Shown here: piece after piece, positions 36,660-45,069 of the stretch
Layout of the letters: every line of letters begins with the position of its first letter
Numbering within the stretch: the stretch's first letter is position 1
DNA from: Candidatus Woesearchaeota archaeon
Lineage (GTDB): Archaea; Nanobdellota; Nanobdellia; Woesearchaeales; JBDRGA01
Assembly (NCBI GenBank): GCA_043818175.1
Contig: JBDRGA010000016.1
Coordinates: 14,003 to 78,002, forward strand
DNA: 64,000 nucleotides
Direction of reading: 5' to 3'
Translations under genes and position numbers: made by a program
Notes under the pieces: model-generated
What the model saw: only the letters and a program-made list of their open reading frames with translations
What the model was told of the DNA's origin: nothing
The model's database searches: none

Positions 36660-39600
36660 TCACATCTTACTAATCTTTCCAGGCTTGGGATGATAGATAT
36701 CTCCCTTCCTGGTTAGCTTTTCTAAGATTTCTTCTGCCTTGTCCTGGTTGATGCTCTGGTTCAGGGCTTCCTGGATAACGTCTTCCGTCTCAATTACCTT
36801 GCCGTACGTTTCAGTCAGTTGATTAATAATCTCCTTGATTTGGTGAATCTGATTACGTTCAGAAGCAGGAATACCTCCAGTGAAACGGTCAATGTCAATC
36901 TTTCCCGTTTGAGGGTCCATTCCAATCTGTTGCAAGCAGTAATGAACCAGTTCAATCGCTCTTCGGGAGTCCTTCCTTCTAATTACAGTGTCCAATCTTG
37001 TTTTAGCTGAAGCTTCACTCAAACGAACAAGCGCTTCCAACTGACGAGCAGAAATCGGTACTGCTTTAACACCACCCTCGCCTCCACCAGAAGCACGCAT
37101 TTCAACGAAGTATCTTTGGATCTCTTCCTTGGCTTCATCGCTTAGAATGGGCTTGCAGCGTATCCTAGCATAACTCACGTACTTCTTGTAGAATTCAGTC
37201 TTCAGTTCAACCGTGTCAAGAGCGTGCTCATCCTGATGCAGGTCTAGGATGAAACTAGCCATCTGCTCGTCCTTGAACTTATCGGGCATGTCTTTCACTG
37301 CAAAGATTAGGTCAAAGCGATTAATCAACGTAGAAGGCAGTTCAATCTGTTTTCCAACCATCTCGTAGGGGTCAAAACGCCCGAATTTTGGGTTTGCAGC
37401 TGCGAGAACAGTTGTTTCAGCCCTCAATGTTGCCTGAATGTTCGCTTTAGAAATAGAAATAGTCTGCTGTTCCAAAGCTTCGTGCAAAGCACTAGTATCT
37501 TCTTTAGTCATCTTATCTAGTTCGTCAATACAACAGATGCCTTTGTTCGTTAAAGGCAAGGCTCCAGCTTCCAAAGCCCAACCACGAAGGAAATCATCTT
37601 TCACAACCGAAGCAGTATTGTGAACCAAAACACCGTCAACGATGAAATTATGCGAATCCTCCACAGTTAAGTCATACACAAAGTCAAACTTTGACTTCTT
37701 CAATTCAACAGATTTCACCTTTTCCCAGAACACATCGCTGTTTGCCAGCGCGAGAAGCTCGACGTCTTCTATTTGATTCTCAAGTACAATTCTCTGCAAC
37801 GCTTCTTTGCTCAGATTGGGATGCCATCCTGCCTTTTTGAGTGGAATCTTTCTAGATTGGAGAATCTCCTTCAACCGCTCAGAAACGCCAGGAACAACAT
37901 CAATGTTTGTATTGTGCTTGGTTTTTGAAATTAATGCCAGTTTTGCCTTCTTTTTGGGGTGGCGTAATGGAATCTCTTTTGCAAATGTCTCGATGTCCTT
38001 ACCTCTTATTGATAGAACCCATTTGTCCAGTTTTCCCTGAATCTTCGAATTAACACTCGGGCTTCTGGGTCTTAATCGTGCATGCACGCCATATCTTAGG
38101 AATGCAAGCTGAAGCTGCCGTGCGAGTTTCTCTGAACAAGTCGTGAACTCGATGCACGAGCTATTATGTCCTTTACTGACGTAAACAGATCCATCTGCGT
38201 CATATAGTCCTGCGATGTATGAAGCAAGAAGTTTATTTGAAAGGTGAAGGAGTGTATTGGACATAAATATTGAAGACGATTTGGGGCTTAGTGAAATTCC
38301 GAGAGACATAAGAATCTCTCCAACAATCTTTGATGCAACTCTGCTTGCCTGTGGTCTGGTATCTGATTCTGGTTGAGTATCACATGAAAGTTGGAATTCC
38401 TTCTCAAACAAGTTTCTGAATGTGTCAAGAATGGTTGGTTCGCCGTTTGACAACCTAATGGCTATTGAATCTCCTGGAGTTTTTCTCATGTCGCCGTCGC
38501 CTGCGATGAGCCCTGCAACATGGAGAAATTCTTTTGAGAGATTGATGGGCACTTTGTGCTTCTTCCCGTTCCAGAGACTCACTGTCTGTACTCTGTGTTT
38601 CCAAGGAATCCTCGCAGCTTCAGCAAGGAGTCTCAGGTCATTAAGCTTGATGGTCCCTCTGGTTTCTGGATTCACCCAATGATGATATAGTTGGTTCTCG
38701 TTTATGCAAAGCGCGTTGGCTGCCTTTCTCACAGAACCGTATATTTCTTTCAGAATCTCAACAGATTCCTTGACCAAATCCTCAACGCCGCGCACAACAG
38801 GATTGCTCGCAATAAGGTCAACTGGGCTTTGCTCATTGACTGTGCCTCCAATTAGTTTTCTGGGTGTTCCGACAAAAGTGCCAGTTGTTATCTCAGAACT
38901 CTTAGTCCAAGACGGCTTACCACCATTTAGTACGAAGAGTTTCGTATTTGCAGTAAGTTGAACCCGTTTTCCGCTATCAAGCGTTACCTCATACATGAAT
39001 TCAGGAGCCTCAAGACGCCATATTGCAGAGGGATGCTTAGAATGTAACTTCATGTCTTTAGATAAAGACTGTATTTTGACATCTGTCACGTTATCTCTTT
39101 TCCACACACCTGATCTGAACTCAAGAGGAAATTCCATTCTTGATTCAACAACCTCTTGGATTGTTTCACATCCTCCTGGATTTGTAAGAACCATGCTTTC
39201 AGGGCTCACGCACAATCCAGCACCGGACGCACCTTTACCAGAAACAAACCTTGATTTAGGCGCAACTTTAGCAATTCTCCTCAACAATTGTGATTTTCCC
39301 GAACCAGGGTCTCCAATGAGCAGAATATGTATGTCTCCTCTCCTAACTACACCATCGGTCATGCTCTTTCTCACACCACCAAACAATTGCAATAACAGCG
39401 CTTCCTTGATTTTATCGTGACCGTAAATGCTTGGAGCTAAACTACCAATCAATGATTCGTAAACATCAGGCCTTTTGGCGAAATCCTCTATTCCAGCCAG
39501 TTCTTCAGGAGAAATAGCCATCTCAGAGAAATCTTCAAGCACTGGTTCTACAAAATTTGCTTCGCACATCAAATCAAAGCGAGTGCTCTGTCCGCCTTGT

Positions 39601-40295
39601 TGCAAGGTAATTGGAACCTCTTTTACGATTCCAACAACCTTTATCTTTGCACCAGGATTGGTTCTTTTCTCTGTTATTGGAGAGACAAGATCGTTCTTCA
39701 GGAAGATGTTGAACCTTTTAGGTTGCTCTCCGCCTTCTAATTCGTCAGGAGACTCTTCTAAAGTAATCTTCTGCGCATCGACCAGTTCCTTACCAATCAA
39801 ACGGAACTTACCTTTTCTACCACAACCACATCTTGTTGGCTCCTTGAATTTAGTATCGAGCTGTAGCACCGCAATAATATTGCCACAGGAAGGGCATTCA
39901 AAACGAGCAGCCGTTACTTGAGGCCGGACATCTGTCTTCTGCTTTACGATACCCTGCATCTCGAGAAATTTGCCAATATGTCTGGAACGAATATCTCTGA
40001 TCATAATCTGCTGACTTTCAGGAAGGTCCTTGAATCGTATCTGGAAGTTCTTTACTTCTCCAGCAAGATCAAACCGGTCAACGGCAGCAGAAGCAGCAGC
40101 CAGTACTTCTTCAGGGTCTTCGAGCAGCAGGTCAGCTAGTTCAGGATTGAACTTCGCGAGCTCTCCAAGCTCCACAACGAGAAACTTATGCCCCTTCGAG
40201 GCCTGTTTTACCAGGTCTGCGTAATGATGTTCCTCGAGGAACTTGTGGAAAAGCTCAATCTGCTTGGCTGCATCGATTGTTTGAGCTTCCTGCAT
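36660..40295 (-). CDS. mcm: MCM replicative helicase interrupted by one large intein
   Basis: N-terminal Zn motif CPSCGN...CGCG, Walker A GDPGSGKSQ, Walker B CCIDELDKM, sensor and arginine-finger regions, and a C-terminal wH. It is 1211 aa, of which ~679 aa is extein. Confidence 0.88.
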   Translation of the reverse strand: MQEAQTIDAAKQIELFHKFLEEHHYADLVKQASKGHKFLVVELGELAKFNPELADLLLEDPEEVLAAASAAVDRFDLAGEVKNFQIRFKDLPESQQIMIRDIRSRHIGKFLEMQGIVKQKTDVRPQVTAARFECPSCGNIIAVLQLDTKFKEPTRCGCGRKGKFRLIGKELVDAQKITLEESPDELEGGEQPKRFNIFLKNDLVSPITEKRTNPGAKIKVVGIVKEVPITLQQGGQSTRFDLMCEANFVEPVLEDFSEMAISPEELAGIEDFAKRPDVYESLIGSLAPSIYGHDKIKEALLLQLFGGVRKSMTDGVVRRGDIHILLIGDPGSGKSQLLRRIAKVAPKSRFVSGKGASGAGLCVSPESMVLTNPGGCETIQEVVESRMEFPLEFRSGVWKRDNVTDVKIQSLSKDMKLHSKHPSAIWRLEAPEFMYEVTLDSGKRVQLTANTKLFVLNGGKPSWTKSSEITTGTFVGTPRKLIGGTVNEQSPVDLIASNPVVRGVEDLVKESVEILKEIYGSVRKAANALCINENQLYHHWVNPETRGTIKLNDLRLLAEAARIPWKHRVQTVSLWNGKKHKVPINLSKEFLHVAGLIAGDGDMRKTPGDSIAIRLSNGEPTILDTFRNLFEKEFQLSCDTQPESDTRPQASRVASKIVGEILMSLGISLSPKSSSIFMSNTLLHLSNKLLASYIAGLYDADGSVYVSKGHNSSCIEFTTCSEKLARQLQLAFLRYGVHARLRPRSPSVNSKIQGKLDKWVLSIRGKDIETFAKEIPLRHPKKKAKLALISKTKHNTNIDVVPGVSERLKEILQSRKIPLKKAGWHPNLSKEALQRIVLENQIEDVELLALANSDVFWEKVKSVELKKSKFDFVYDLTVEDSHNFIVDGVLVHNTASVVKDDFLRGWALEAGALPLTNKGICCIDELDKMTKEDTSALHEALEQQTISISKANIQATLRAETTVLAAANPKFGRFDPYEMVGKQIELPSTLINRFDLIFAVKDMPDKFKDEQMASFILDLHQDEHALDTVELKTEFYKKYVSYARIRCKPILSDEAKEEIQRYFVEMRASGGGEGGVKAVPISARQLEALVRLSEASAKTRLDTVIRRKDSRRAIELVHYCLQQIGMDPQTGKIDIDRFTGGIPASERNQIHQIKEIINQLTETYGKVIETEDVIQEALNQSINQDKAEEILEKLTRKGDIYHPKPGKISKM
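37617..39212 (-). mobile_element. MCM intein (~532 aa) with a LAGLIDADG homing-endonuclease domain
   Basis: Inserted after SGKGASGAGL. It begins CVSPESMVL and ends GVLVHN, with T as the +1 extein residue. Two LAGLIDADG blocks are present (VAGLIAGDGDM and LASYIAGLYDADGSV). Coordinates are derived by residue counting, +/- a few nt. Confidence 0.8.
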
Positions 40296-40921
40296 TAGCG
40301 TACATTCTTGACGTTCTCGATGAGCATGGCAAGCGCTTTATGCACCTGTTCTTCGCTCTTAGTACCTGTGCAAACAACCTTTCCGTTGCTGAACAGGAGG
40401 AACGTGGCTTTTGCTTCCCTTAGCTTGTATACAAGTCCTGGGAACTGTTCTGGCTCGTATTCTGTGTTTTCGAGCTTCATAGCCAATGTGTTAAGGTTAA
40501 GGTCCATGCCTATGCTTCCTGAAGCAACGATGTTCTGGATTATTATCTTAGGTGTTATTGTTATCTTTATACCTATTTTCTTCAAAGATTCGATAATCTT
40601 CTGGATTGACTCCTCAACTTTCTCCATGCTTCTCGCGCCAGTGCAGACCACTTTGCCAGAGCTGAATATCAAAGCTGAAGTTTTGGGTTCACGAATCCTA
40701 ATTACCAAACCAGGGAACTGCTCAGGATTGTATTCTGTGTTGGACAAAGTTGCAGCCATCTTTTCCAGAGGAATATCGTGCTCAAGGCTAGTGCTAACTA
40801 CCATATTAACAACTTCAACTTGAACTTCGCGTTTAATTCCTTTATCGGTCTTAATTGCTTTGTCGGTTGATGTTTTCTGTACGGCCTTTTTTGCTGCTTT
40901 GTGTGCGGCTTTCTTTGGCAT
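40295..40921 (-). CDS. tbp: TATA-box binding protein with a Lys-rich N-terminal extension
   Basis: Two TBP repeats (NTEYNPEQFPGLVIRIREPKTSALIFSSGKVVCTGARS and NTEYEPEQFPGLVYKLREAKATFLLFSNGKVVCTGTKS). The track ORF runs to 41029 through a TTG; I used the Met at 40921 (MPKKAAHKAAKK...). Confidence 0.85.
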   Translation of the reverse strand: MPKKAAHKAAKKAVQKTSTDKAIKTDKGIKREVQVEVVNMVVSTSLEHDIPLEKMAATLSNTEYNPEQFPGLVIRIREPKTSALIFSSGKVVCTGARSMEKVEESIQKIIESLKKIGIKITITPKIIIQNIVASGSIGMDLNLNTLAMKLENTEYEPEQFPGLVYKLREAKATFLLFSNGKVVCTGTKSEEQVHKALAMLIENVKNVR

Positions 40922-40928
40922 AATACAA

Positions 40929-41150
40929 ACCCCCTGTTTCGGGTTCTTTCTTAAACCCTTTATAAGGGGAATTGCTTTCTTATTTATAAAGGCTTTCGTT
41001 CCCTGACCAGTATGTTGCTTATACACCAATTCCAGAATCTAAGACCCCTTGATTTCCACTGGAACTTTGGCTGTAGAGGCTCTGTAAGGCCAGTATTTGG
41101 TGTTCTTTATGTTTTGGTGACGAAATAGACCCCCTTGTTTCCGATGGAAC
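40929..41150 (-). promoter_or_regulatory. Cluster of ORB-like elements (two full boxes plus a mini-ORB) and a TATA element upstream of tbp-mcm
   Basis: On the minus strand the full boxes are GTTCCATCGGAAACAAGGGGGTC (~41128-41150) and GTTCCAGTGGAAATCAAGGGGTC (~41044-41065). A mini-ORB CCCGAAACAGGGGGT (~40929-40943) lies 8 bp before the TBP ATG, and CCCCTTATAAAGGG sits at ~40956-40969. Confidence 0.5.
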
Positions 41151-41164
41151 TCATTTATAAACAA

Positions 41165-41956
41165 TCAACGTTTTCTTGATGCTCTTTCAATGATGTTCTT
41201 AGTGATTATTCTATTCTCGCTGCATATCTGCAAGAGTTCTCCTGTTGGTCTGCGAGGAAAACTGCAGTAGACCACTTTCTTGTGGAACTGGTTGATTGCG
41301 GCCTTGATTGCAGGGGAGAAGTCGGCATCGTTGCTGAACAACAGCGCCAAGTCGAAGGAATCCTGTGCGGCATCAAGCAGGAGAACTGTTGCCAGTTGAA
41401 CATCCACTCCCTTCTCAATGCTCTTCTGGATGTCCTTTGTGCGTATTAGGTTTCCACAGTCCGGACACGAGAGAGTCTTTACGTTCCGGCAACCGCACGA
41501 AGGACACGCCGCCATGATGTGTCCAAGAGGTCTGTTCGCGAGCTTTCCGAAATGAAGGTCGATTCTTCCAGTCTCTTTCAAGCGCGCAAGAAATGTGTGG
41601 TGTTTCTCTTGAGTATTCTGGTTGAGTTGACCGTTTCCTGAAGTCGTAAAGTACTTGATTCTCGACAGAGTCTCATCACCAAGGAGCATTCGTTCCGCAA
41701 CTCGGACGAGGTCAACTCTGTGAATCCCGAAAGCTCGTTTGCATGAATGATAGAAATTGCTTCCGTCTACGTATGCATTCACTCTCGCTCGATAAGCATT
41801 CTTGTTTGAGTTAGAAACGTGCCCACCATTACTAGACCTTTCAGTCAAGCAAGGATGGGGAGGTAATTGATTATCGGAAGACTCCTTATTATATAATCCT
41901 TTGCTCGAGAAATCCGGAAATCTTTCAGACTCAATGATGCATTCAGAAGACGTCAT
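41165..41956 (-). CDS. NYN (LabA-like) domain protein with an inserted/C-terminal zinc ribbon
   Basis: The NYN N-terminal signature VNAYVDGSNFYHS and the catalytic-core D residues are present, plus a CPSCGC...CPDCG zinc ribbon. Confidence 0.6.
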   Translation of the reverse strand: MTSSECIIESERFPDFSSKGLYNKESSDNQLPPHPCLTERSSNGGHVSNSNKNAYRARVNAYVDGSNFYHSCKRAFGIHRVDLVRVAERMLLGDETLSRIKYFTTSGNGQLNQNTQEKHHTFLARLKETGRIDLHFGKLANRPLGHIMAACPSCGCRNVKTLSCPDCGNLIRTKDIQKSIEKGVDVQLATVLLLDAAQDSFDLALLFSNDADFSPAIKAAINQFHKKVVYCSFPRRPTGELLQICSENRIITKNIIERASRKR

Positions 41957-42029
41957 TAACCTGTGATTCTTTCATTCAATAAATCCGTTGCCCACGAAAA
42001 CATAGAAATCCTTCGAGAGTACTGATTTA

Positions 42030-42043
42030 TTTCAATATTGAAA
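42030..42043. promoter_or_regulatory. Perfect 14-bp palindrome TTTCAATATTGAAA (copy 2 of 3)
   Basis: An exact self-complementary 14-mer in the NYN / small-ORF divergent intergenic region. The AT-rich flanks are conserved with the other copies. Confidence 0.5.
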
Positions 42044-42102
42044 ATAAATGTGGCCTTTGTCAACTTGCAAATCTTATTAACTAAAACAAGAACCCCATCT
42101 AA

Positions 42103-42459
42103 ATGCATGAAACACCATACGATTCATTATATGAAGTAATAGTCGCAGCTAAAGACAGACATCTCCCCGAGCTGAGGGATGCTTTGGCAGACGAAGACCC
42201 CGTAAGAAGAAATGAACGACTTCAAACTCAATGGATGTACGTCACGAACACGCTTGATATATACGCCACATTTCTACAAAATGGACCTGAGTTACCTGAC
42301 ACGGCACGTATTCGAATTTCCTGTCTTCATGAATCGCTACGCGGTATTTCCACCGAACTTGGAGAGAGAAGAGACAACATAGAGGGTCTTCTTGCTATTG
42401 CTGAAGGTGCGGCCAACGACGCGGTGTTCATGGTAGAACCGTTGGCAGGAAAAAAATAA
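42103..42459 (+). CDS. Hypothetical small acidic protein
   Basis: 118 aa, helical and acidic, with GC content visibly above the window average; no known motif. Confidence 0.4.
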   Translation: MHETPYDSLYEVIVAAKDRHLPELRDALADEDPVRRNERLQTQWMYVTNTLDIYATFLQNGPELPDTARIRISCLHESLRGISTELGERRDNIEGLLAIAEGAANDAVFMVEPLAGKK

Positions 42460-42549
42460 GAAAAATAATTCTAAGCCCATTGGCTGTTATCCGTGCTCGA
42501 GTTAAAGTTAAAGGAAAAATAGATAAAATCGGCAGAACCACAAAAATGC

Positions 42550-42879
42550 ATGCCGTGCCTTACGCGCGAAGACTACGAGGGAACTGCTCGAGTTTTAAGA
42601 CAAATAAGAGATGACGCGTTTCCGACCATTGAGAGAGGAGACTACGGGAGTGCTGCAATGATGTTGGGAACAATGCTCCCTGTGCTACGAATGTTCGGAA
42701 GAGAATATTACGTCAGAGGAGTCCCAGGAGTGAGACTGCTAACGATAACGTCTAGGCTGCCATTGCTAGAACGAGCACTACTCGAGTCAAACGAGAGGTA
42801 TATCCTGCAGAACAGAGACGCAATAGATGCGGCCATATCCATTGTTCTTTTTGATTTGGAAGGAAATGAAGAAGAATAA
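42550..42879 (+). CDS. Hypothetical small acidic protein
   Basis: 109 aa; same orientation and composition as the preceding ORF; no known motif. Confidence 0.4.
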   Translation: MPCLTREDYEGTARVLRQIRDDAFPTIERGDYGSAAMMLGTMLPVLRMFGREYYVRGVPGVRLLTITSRLPLLERALLESNERYILQNRDAIDAAISIVLFDLEGNEEE

Positions 42880-42889
42880 AGAAAAGAAA

Positions 42890-43222
42890 TTAAGCTCCTT
42901 GGCTGTAACCCGTTCTCCACAAATCGAAGTTGAAGAACGTCAGGAATTGTGCCTGTAATTCAGGACGCGTGCCTAACCAATCATGCAACCTTTGGGTATA
43001 GCAATAAGGACAGACACCCATAGGGTCATGACACTTAATGCACTTCGTATTGCCATTCGTGGACTGCATCTCACTTGACACGTCCAGAAACGTGGGCAAT
43101 AGCCCTGGCGCTTCCCACTGGAGCCACTCATGCACGGCTTCCTGCAAACAAACCGTGCATAATGGTGTCGTTATTACTTCTTCGCACACATTGCACGGCA
43201 TGGGTCTCTCCTCCAGAGCCAC
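42890..43222 (-). CDS. Small double zinc-ribbon protein with an internal repeat
   Basis: CNVC...CTVCLQEAVHEWL and CIKC...CPYCYTQRLHDWL are two copies of a CxxC-x8-CxxC-x5-H[ED]WL module. Confidence 0.45.
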   Translation of the reverse strand: MALEERPMPCNVCEEVITTPLCTVCLQEAVHEWLQWEAPGLLPTFLDVSSEMQSTNGNTKCIKCHDPMGVCPYCYTQRLHDWLGTRPELQAQFLTFFNFDLWRTGYSQGA

Positions 43223-43497
43223 AGTTTCTCAGCAGTACGTTGTCTTAGATGACGCCGAACCACTGAGCCCTAACGGAGCCAGCAGTTCAGCAGCGCTTTG
43301 TAATCGTGTTGAACAGATAGCTCACACTAGTCGAATTCCAATTTTGGATTCCGGTAATGTGGCTCATGATTTCTTTCTGAACGTACTTGTATTTAATTAT
43401 TGTGTAAACGCAAATGCTAGTTTCCAAAATGATAGGTTGTGAAATCGCGAATAACATTCAACGAAAACATTATGAACGCACGCGGCATTAGCTATCC

Positions 43498-43965
43498 ATG
43501 CGCACAAACGCTCACTTCATCATAACTGCGATATTCGCGTACTTCGTGTTCCGAAACACGCCATTGTACACTCTTGATACTGTTCTCATAATGCTAGCAA
43601 CAACAATGCTGATAGACTTTGACCACTTGATCAACTATGTTGTGGGGAAGAGGAGTATGAACATCAAGCGCTTCGTGAAGTATCACTTCTTCACGTACAC
43701 GCACAAAAAACAATTGCTTTATCCGTTTCACACACTGGAGTTTCAGGCAGTTCTGTTTCTCTTGGGATTCCTAGACATACGATTCTTCATAGTATTTGTA
43801 GCGTGCATCTCGCACATAGTTGCGGACATAGTTCCGTACATGTGGCATCACGGCTCAATACTTTCAATAAGGCCTTGGCTGATGACGTGGCACATAAGAA
43901 ATCAATGGTGGAAACGTGCACATATCCATAGAAGCGGAAAACCGGACTACCTCTATACACTTTGA
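43498..43965 (+). CDS. Membrane-bound metal-dependent hydrolase-like protein (DUF457/YdjM-like)
   Basis: Polytopic membrane protein with His/Asp motifs in helices (LIDFDH, SHIVADIVPYMWHH), characteristic of the YdjM/DUF457 family. Confidence 0.5.
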   Translation: MRTNAHFIITAIFAYFVFRNTPLYTLDTVLIMLATTMLIDFDHLINYVVGKRSMNIKRFVKYHFFTYTHKKQLLYPFHTLEFQAVLFLLGFLDIRFFIVFVACISHIVADIVPYMWHHGSILSIRPWLMTWHIRNQWWKRAHIHRSGKPDYLYTL

Positions 43966-44110
43966 GGGCAGTGCAAAAGAGCTTTGCAAGAAGCTAGGGG
44001 TTAACGTAGAAACTGTGCTGGTAATACAGAACGGTACTTTAGTTGGAGATGATACTTTATTGAAAGATTCTGACAAGATTGAGTTGTTGAGCGTTGTTAG
44101 CGGGGGATAG
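43916..44110 (+). CDS. ThiS/MoaD/SAMP-like small ubiquitin-fold protein ending in Gly-Gly
   Basis: 64 aa; beta-grasp pattern (ISIEA..TSIHFEG..AKELCKKLGV..VLVIQNGTLV..DTLLKDSDKIELLSVVSGG) with a C-terminal GG; overlaps the upstream ORF by ~50 nt. Confidence 0.65.
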   Translation: MHISIEAENRTTSIHFEGSAKELCKKLGVNVETVLVIQNGTLVGDDTLLKDSDKIELLSVVSGG

Positions 44111-44114
44111 AGAT

Positions 44115-44948
44115 TCAAAGCGTCCTGAGCACTTCTGGATATCGTTCTCTCAAGATTAGATGATTCGCGTACATCATCCTTCCAAATGGAGTTCCTGCAC
44201 GCACTTCTGCAATCACTTCTTGTGGGGTGTATTGTTTTATGGTTTTTCTGGACTTTAATGTCAAGAAACCAGATTCCTTAGAAACCAACCTGATGATTTC
44301 GTCCAGAAGTTCGGGTTTCAGAACGTCTCTCTTCACAATTAGAAGTTCTCCGTGTTCGCCTTCTTGCACCCAGGGATTAATAGGGGCTGCGCTGTAGATG
44401 CTGAAGCCAAGCCTTTCGAAGGATCTGGGAGTGTGGTGTTTTGGAGATGACCAAACGCCTCCAAAATATCCATCTGCTCTTCTGGCAGGGTCCTCAGAAT
44501 GTTCGATTTCTTGTTCCCACGCTCTTCTTAGCGCGTGTGCAAGGCCTTGACTCTTGTAAGCTTCACGTACATTCAGATGAATCTCAGGTAAGCCTTTTGG
44601 CATTTTCGGAGAATGTTTTATGAGTGCGGGCATGGTTTCTATGAACTTGCGCATGTCTGCTGACTCATCCCCAGCATACACTCCTGTTGCACCATAAATC
44701 AGCATTTTAGCAACGTCACCAAGAAGGCTGAAAGTCATTGGCTTTGTATGCGCTCCAAGAAGATATCCCTGCACTTCTCCGTTTTCAACCCCAACAAAAC
44801 CCCATCCTGCTTTCAAATGCTGATGTAATACAGAATGAACAAATGGCTCCGCAAACTCTTCAGGAATGGGTCTGCCACCTGCGAAGGTTTCCTGGCATAT
44901 CTTTTCGATGCCTGGTTTGTGTTCTGGCTTGTATGGTACTACTTGCAT
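44115..44948 (-). CDS. GNAT-family N-acetyltransferase with a C-terminal extension
   Basis: GNAT motif A-like IHLNVREAYKSQGLAHALRRAWEQ and motif B-like SFERLGFSI. Confidence 0.5.
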   Translation of the reverse strand: MQVVPYKPEHKPGIEKICQETFAGGRPIPEEFAEPFVHSVLHQHLKAGWGFVGVENGEVQGYLLGAHTKPMTFSLLGDVAKMLIYGATGVYAGDESADMRKFIETMPALIKHSPKMPKGLPEIHLNVREAYKSQGLAHALRRAWEQEIEHSEDPARRADGYFGGVWSSPKHHTPRSFERLGFSIYSAAPINPWVQEGEHGELLIVKRDVLKPELLDEIIRLVSKESGFLTLKSRKTIKQYTPQEVIAEVRAGTPFGRMMYANHLILRERYPEVLRTL

Positions 44949-45069
44949 TTTCTAGGGAAAGGAAACGCACTTATAAGCATTTTCTTTTTGTTGTCTCTCT
45001 ATAGTGATACTTTTGTGTTGGGTGTGTTGTTCGCAGCACATATAAGAACAGGCGAGAACTCTCAAAGTT

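Noticed and set aside
36819-40224. Plus-strand ORFs of up to 148 aa inside the mcm gene, including within the intein
   Set aside because: They are antisense to MCM/intein coding sequence that has clear motifs.
40295-41029. TBP start at the track position 41029 (TTG)
   Set aside because: The first 36 codons would run through the ORB boxes and the TATA element. The Met at 40921 with a TATA ~35 bp upstream is far more plausible.
43038-43442. 134-aa plus-strand ORF overlapping the double zinc-ribbon gene and the 275-bp gap before the membrane hydrolase
   Set aside because: Its first half is antisense to the more plausible Cys-module ORF and the sequence has no motifs. The uncovered part (43223-43497) is instead flagged as possibly non-coding.
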